NCBI GenBank assembly: GCA_965216785.1
Contig: OZ244197.1
Location: forward strand, 1,632,001-1,696,000
DNA length: 64,000 bases
Reading direction: 5' to 3'
Source: Thermodesulfobacteriota bacterium
GTDB taxonomy: Bacteria; Desulfobacterota_D; UBA1144; Nemesobacterales; UBA2774
The notes beneath the pieces are model-generated. The model had not been told where the DNA came from and searched no databases. It saw nothing but the letters and a program-made list of their open reading frames with translations. The first letter of the stretch is position 1. Each line of letters opens with the position of its first letter. Position numbers and translations under genes: made by a program. Below are positions 59,264 to 64,000 of this stretch, piece after piece.

Positions 59264-59974
59264 GTGACTGAGAAAAGTACACGGGCATTTGAGCTGATTC
59301 AGATTGATAAAAACATCTGGACTGTAGAGGTCTCGCATAAATTTGTGGGAATGGAGTTCGGGACGCGGATGACAGCTATCCGGTTCAGTACCGGTGCACT
59401 TCTCCTTCATTCCCCGGTGCCTATAAACGATATGATTAAAGAAGAGATAGATTCTCTAGGCGATGTAAAATACATCGTTGCACCGAACAGATTCCATCAT
59501 CTTTATGTTCAAGATTACCAAGAAAACTATCCTGAGGCTGAGCTGTGGGGAGCTCCCGGTCTAGCCAGGAAGAGAAAAGATTTAACTTTTGAAGGTGAGA
59601 TTGCGGACGACACTTCATTTGGGCCTGAAGGGGAAGTCCGGAACTTCATCTTCCAGGGGATACCAATGGTAAATGAGGTAGTGTTTTATCATCCTGAAAG
59701 TAAGACCCTCATACTCACAGATCTCTTGTTCAATTTCCCTAAAGACCTCTCGCCGGGCTTTAAATTATTCCTTCGCTTATTCGGCTTGTACGGTGGACCG
59801 AAGGTCTCTAAGCTTGAGTATTATGTGTTCTTAAAAGATAGAGAAAAAGCCCGGGAGTCGGCTCTGAAGGTGCTCTCTTTTGATTTTGACAGGGTCTTGC
59901 TCGCGCACAAGGAGATGATCCCGAGCGGCGGAAAAGAAATAGTCAGAAAAGCGATTGAGTGCTTCTTGGATTAG
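59264..59974 (+). CDS. DUF4336 family protein (metallo-beta-lactamase-like fold)
   Basis: TRMTAIR, HSPV, IVAPNRFHH, NEVVFYH, ILTDL and LAH motifs. Confidence 0.85.
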   Translation: MTEKSTRAFELIQIDKNIWTVEVSHKFVGMEFGTRMTAIRFSTGALLLHSPVPINDMIKEEIDSLGDVKYIVAPNRFHHLYVQDYQENYPEAELWGAPGLARKRKDLTFEGEIADDTSFGPEGEVRNFIFQGIPMVNEVVFYHPESKTLILTDLLFNFPKDLSPGFKLFLRLFGLYGGPKVSKLEYYVFLKDREKARESALKVLSFDFDRVLLAHKEMIPSGGKEIVRKAIECFLD

Positions 59975-60066
59975 GTTTGGATTTAATAGACTCTTTATGG
60001 GAAAATTTAAAAATTCCCCTGAAATTGTAATTGACATCTTAGAGCTTCAACCATAGCTTATTCTTT

Positions 60067-60282
60067 GTGATAAAATTCTCGAAGCTTACTCTCTTTGGCA
60101 TAGGTTTTTTTCTGCTAGGCGCTATGTGCGGAATTGCTGAAAACGTCTTTTATGGCTGGGTAGACTCCGATGGAGTGCTTCAGGAAAGCTTCTTTTTGCC
60201 GCTCAGCTTTATATTTGCAGCCATTGGCGCAGTCCTTCTCATTACAGCTCTCCTGAGATTGCTCTACCGTAGAGCTGTTTAA
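60067..60282 (+). CDS. DUF3955-like small membrane protein
   Basis: Two TM helices around YGWVDSDGVLQESFFLPL; TTGACA-N17-TAGCTT upstream. Confidence 0.65.
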   Translation: MIKFSKLTLFGIGFFLLGAMCGIAENVFYGWVDSDGVLQESFFLPLSFIFAAIGAVLLITALLRLLYRRAV

Positions 60283-60323
60283 TAGTAAACTGCAGTTTAG
60301 CTGTTCTGATATCTATGCCGGGT

Positions 60324-61730
60324 CTATTTCTTTGTGCCGGGCTCAGTCATCGACCAGGGGTCCAGGAGATCAGCGAGCTTCTCTGCCGGAAGTACTTTTT
60401 TCTCAAGCGCGACTTCCCTTACGGTTTTTCCTGTCGCGTAAGCTTCCTTGGCAATTGCGGCGGCGTTGTCATAACCGATCACGGGCGCCAGGCTAGTGCA
60501 CATCGCGAGGCTCTTCTCGATCATCTCTTCACAGCGCTTCTTATCGGCCTTAATGCCTTTTATGCATTTATCCGCGAATACCTCTGAGGCCCTTGAAAGA
60601 AGCTCAACCGACTGAAGGAAATTATGCCCCTTAACCGGCATCATCACATTTAGCTCGAAATTCCCGAACTGGCCTCCTATGGTTATCGTGAGGTCGTTGC
60701 CCATTACCTGGGCCGCTACCTGGCATACAGCTTCGGGAATTACGGGGTTTACCTTTCCAGGCATAATTGAAGACCCGGGCTGAACGGGGGGAATGTGGAT
60801 TTCTCCTATGCCGCAGCGTGGTCCACTGCCGAGCCAGCGGATGTCGTTTGCAATTTTCATCATGCTTACAGCGAGAGTCTTAAGCGACCCATGCGCTTCC
60901 ACAACGGCGTCCTTTGAGCCCTGAGCCTCGAAATGGTTGTCGGCTTCCCTGAGCTTGGTCTTGGACATTTTGCTCAGTCTTTTAGCTACCATACTCCCGA
61001 ACTTGGGGTGAGTGTTGATTCCCGATCCAACAGCGGTGCCTCCTATGGCGAGCTCGCCGAGCTCTGAGCGCGCGTACTCTACGCGTTTAATTCCGTGCTC
61101 GATCATGCTCGCGTAGCCGCCGAATTCCTGGCCGAGCCTGACAGGGGTAGCATCCTGAAGATGGGTGCGGCCTATCTTTACTATCTTGTCGAACTGCTTC
61201 TCTTTTGCTTTGAGCGCCGCCCTGAGCTTTTTGAGCGCAGGCAGCAGGTTTTCGTTAATTGACAGTACTGCAGACAGGTGGATGGCGGTTGGATAGACAT
61301 CGTTACTTGACTGACCGTAATTCACGTGGTCGTTGGGGTGTACTCCGGATTTGTCTCCCTTTTTTATTCCCAATATTTCGTTTGCGCGGTTTGCGATTAC
61401 TTCATTTGTGTTCATGTTGGTCGATGTACCCGAGCCGGTCTGGAATACGTCCAGCACAAAGTGGTCGTCGAGCTTTCCGTCGATTACTTCTTGAGCCGCT
61501 TTGACTATCGCTCTTCCCTGCTTCTTGGAAAGATTGCCGAGCTCCATATTCGTCTCCGCCGCGGCTTGTTTTATCATTCCCATTGCCTGTACCAAGAGGC
61601 TGTGCTTTCTGATACCGCTAATAGGGAAGTTCTCAATTGCCCTTGCCGTCTGAGCTCCGTAGTATGCGTCTGCGGGAACGCTCATTTCCCCCATCGAGTC
61701 GCTTTCTATTCTGTGTGATTTGCTAGCCAT
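60324..61730 (-). CDS. fumC: class II fumarate hydratase
   Basis: RIESDSMG, QTGSGTSTNMN, GRTHLQDATP and GSSIMPGKVNP motifs. Confidence 0.95.
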   Translation of the reverse strand: MASKSHRIESDSMGEMSVPADAYYGAQTARAIENFPISGIRKHSLLVQAMGMIKQAAAETNMELGNLSKKQGRAIVKAAQEVIDGKLDDHFVLDVFQTGSGTSTNMNTNEVIANRANEILGIKKGDKSGVHPNDHVNYGQSSNDVYPTAIHLSAVLSINENLLPALKKLRAALKAKEKQFDKIVKIGRTHLQDATPVRLGQEFGGYASMIEHGIKRVEYARSELGELAIGGTAVGSGINTHPKFGSMVAKRLSKMSKTKLREADNHFEAQGSKDAVVEAHGSLKTLAVSMMKIANDIRWLGSGPRCGIGEIHIPPVQPGSSIMPGKVNPVIPEAVCQVAAQVMGNDLTITIGGQFGNFELNVMMPVKGHNFLQSVELLSRASEVFADKCIKGIKADKKRCEEMIEKSLAMCTSLAPVIGYDNAAAIAKEAYATGKTVREVALEKKVLPAEKLADLLDPWSMTEPGTKK

Positions 61731-61819
61731 GAATACCTTCCTCCTTCTATATAATTAAGTTTGTTTTTCCATGTTTTCCGTTTCGGAAGCTGTAATTATG
61801 CCATACAGAGGGAATTTTT

Positions 61820-62608
61820 CTATTTTGGCAAGTGACTGTTATCTATCTCTCCGCCTTCTGGCTTTGTAAACGTGGAAGGCTCGGGGCGTTTTCCCTTTAA
61901 TAAAATATTCTCAAACACCATAGTGCCGTGAGATTCCCCGCCAAGGTTATCGTCCTTCCACTCATAAAAGCTTATCTTCTCGGGTACTAACAATCCCCCG
62001 GCTTGTTGCCACTCTTCATACACGGCAGCGTGCCGCTCGAGCTCGTCTTTGGACTTTCCCTGCATGAGAGGCGGGTATGTGACGATATAAGTCAGTACTT
62101 CCAGCCGGTTCGTTTCCTTGTCGAAGTATGCGATGTAGTCGTCATCAGGAGTGTCACCAATGCCTTGTTCGTAAGTGAATTTGACCACGTTATATTCCTT
62201 GCCGTTGAGTTCCTTTATTCCCAGCGGCTCCGTGTTCACCCCAGGGTCTGCGAAGAGGAAAGGGAGTCCGAAGAAATAAAACGGGGTCGAGGCATAAAAC
62301 CTTGGCGGTATACCCAGCGCCTGTATGTTAGGTACTATCCAGGCCTCCTGCCCATCGAATCCGAGCTTATAGTCATCGCTCGTGATAAGCACATTCCGGG
62401 ACTTGAGATCAATCAGCTGATGGTTTGTTAAAGTAAATTTTCCTTTGAGATCAAAAGTCTGGTCGTACTCAAGAGTCCCGTAGGCTCTGAAAGTTTCGAG
62501 GCTGCCGTGGGCATCGATCGATTGCTCAAGCTCATCTGCCCGGATGAGTGGTGAAAAAACTAGAGTTAAAAGTAATATTCCTAAGATTGAGAATATACTC
62601 TTTTTCAT
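61820..62608 (-). CDS. exported hypothetical protein (DUF6503-like, LolA-like fold possible)
   Basis: AGGAG RBS before MKKSIF signal peptide; IDAHGS, YFFGLPF..DPG and GDTPDDDY motifs. Confidence 0.65.
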   Translation of the reverse strand: MKKSIFSILGILLLTLVFSPLIRADELEQSIDAHGSLETFRAYGTLEYDQTFDLKGKFTLTNHQLIDLKSRNVLITSDDYKLGFDGQEAWIVPNIQALGIPPRFYASTPFYFFGLPFLFADPGVNTEPLGIKELNGKEYNVVKFTYEQGIGDTPDDDYIAYFDKETNRLEVLTYIVTYPPLMQGKSKDELERHAAVYEEWQQAGGLLVPEKISFYEWKDDNLGGESHGTMVFENILLKGKRPEPSTFTKPEGGEIDNSHLPK

Positions 62609-62667
62609 TTTACTTCTCCTGATAATGTTATTTAAGGTGGGTAATTCTATAACAGCTAACAAAAAGT

Positions 62668-63363
62668 TCAAAGAAGCGGTTCTTGCTCGGGGAAGTTGTG
62701 CGCGGGTTTTATTAAATCCGGGGATTCTTCCCTGGGCGAGTTTACCTTTATAGAGACTTCGTATTCCTCCATGAGCCCGGGGTCGTATGGTTTAAGTAAA
62801 GATAGAAGGGTTTTTTCATCCGCGCGCGGGTCGAGCCAGAGATCCTCGTCCTCCCTTCGGAGAATTACGGGCATGCGGTCGTGTATGGGTTTCATAAGCT
62901 CGTTCGGTCCCGTAGTGATTATGGTAAAGGTCTCAAGCGGCTTGCCTTCGGGCGTTTTCCAAACGTCCCATAGCCCCGCAAACGAAAATAGCTTTTCCGA
63001 CTGGAGCACGAACCTGTGCGGGATTTTAACACGCCTGCCCTGTGCTTTAACCCATTCGTAAAATCCGTCTGCTATGACAAGGCACCTTCTCTTTTTAAAC
63101 GCGGTCTTAAAGCTCGGCTTCTCGGCAATTGTTTCGGCCCTCGCGTTAATGAGCTTAAAACCGATCTTCGGGTCCTTGGCCCAATACGGCACAAGCCCCC
63201 ACTTCATTGTTTTTATTACGTTCTCGTCTTCTCTTACTATGACGGGGGCGGGCTGAGAGGGAGCGATGTTATACCTTGGCTCGTGAACGTAATGCCCGGG
63301 TTTAACCTTGAACTCTGCTTGAATCGCTTTTTGCTCGGGTGTGAGCGTGTATCGTCCGCACAT
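62668..63363 (-). CDS. SRAP family abasic-site processing protein (YedK/HMCES-like)
   Basis: MCGRY, RYNIAP, INARAET, DGFYEW and IHDRMPVIL motifs. Confidence 0.95.
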   Translation of the reverse strand: MCGRYTLTPEQKAIQAEFKVKPGHYVHEPRYNIAPSQPAPVIVREDENVIKTMKWGLVPYWAKDPKIGFKLINARAETIAEKPSFKTAFKKRRCLVIADGFYEWVKAQGRRVKIPHRFVLQSEKLFSFAGLWDVWKTPEGKPLETFTIITTGPNELMKPIHDRMPVILRREDEDLWLDPRADEKTLLSLLKPYDPGLMEEYEVSIKVNSPREESPDLIKPAHNFPEQEPLL

Positions 63364-63441
63364 AGTTTCCTCTATTTAATAAGAGGGTATCATACTAGTT
63401 TTACGAGAAGCAATAAGATAGAAAAGGGTGTGGCGTCAAAA

Positions 63442-64000
63442 TTAAAAAAGGTCTCCAAGCTCATCTAGAATCTTTTCATCGAGCCTTTTCTTTTTCTTCT
63501 TCTTTTTACTTCCCGTGTTTTGGGTCTGCTGCTCTTGAGCTTCCTCGGCTTCTGTGTCCTGCGCGTTTTCCTTCTCACTTTCCGAAAGGAGCTTATCGAG
63601 CACTTGCTTTTTTAGCTCTTCCTTTCCTTTTCTAATGGTAGCGCGCTCTACCATGGTAGTCAGGTATCCCATGTCGGGCTTTGGCTTTGCGTCAGGCAGT
63701 GTGCCTGAGATAGCAAAGGGTATCTCGATGAGGCCCTTATCACTCGAAATGTATTTAAGCTCCTGAACGTCCTCTTCCAAATCTTCCGACAGCTCTTTTG
63801 AAAGAGTGAGGAGCGATTTCATATCCACCCTGCTGTCAAGATCTATCCAGCCCCTTCCCGTAATCCTGTAATCGCTCGATGTTATCCTTAGATCGTTTGT
63901 GCGCATCTTGCCCTTCTCTAATATGAATGAGGCCTTGAACTCTTCAAACTCCGTATCACGCGTACCGAACACTTGGGGATATCTATCCCTCACCCGTGGG
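63442..64000 (-). CDS. C-terminal part of an AsmA-like protein (5' end outside the window)
   Basis: Beta-rich segment ITGRGWIDL...IPFAISGTLPDAKPKPD followed by a helical charged tail; runs to the window edge. Confidence 0.7.
   Translation of the reverse strand, partial: PRVRDRYPQVFGTRDTEFEEFKASFILEKGKMRTNDLRITSSDYRITGRGWIDLDSRVDMKSLLTLSKELSEDLEEDVQELKYISSDKGLIEIPFAISGTLPDAKPKPDMGYLTTMVERATIRKGKEELKKQVLDKLLSESEKENAQDTEAEEAQEQQTQNTGSKKKKKKKRLDEKILDELGDLF

Overview
A gene-dense bacterial chromosomal window with about 53 CDSs. I saw no rRNA, tRNA, CRISPR array, integrase or transposase. The IPTL-CTERM protein and the gene mix suggest a Desulfobacterota/'Dadabacteria'-like diderm, which is an inference. 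Housekeeping genes (gatB, hisS, fumC, prmA, tat, Omp85, degQ) are interspersed with a seven-gene caa3 oxidase plus Rieske/cytochrome b operon that converges on NDH-2, two ECF sigma factors with an anti-sigma factor, and a frameshifted FUSC efflux gene. The most notable items are: (1) a c-di-GMP-I riboswitch with a visible terminator/antiterminator platform, upstream of a 2822-aa TPR protein whose N-terminus looks like a degenerate NDT/TIR-like domain; (2) a divergently oriented, apparently exported HEAT-repeat protein with a candidate structured RNA leader; (3) a GT4 glycosyltransferase gene bracketed by 34-bp inverted repeats; (4) an Ogg2-type glycosylase with Thr at the catalytic Lys position; (5) an M3-like pseudo-peptidase; and (6) a composite palindromic intergenic element. 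All family calls are by motif recognition from memory, not database searches.
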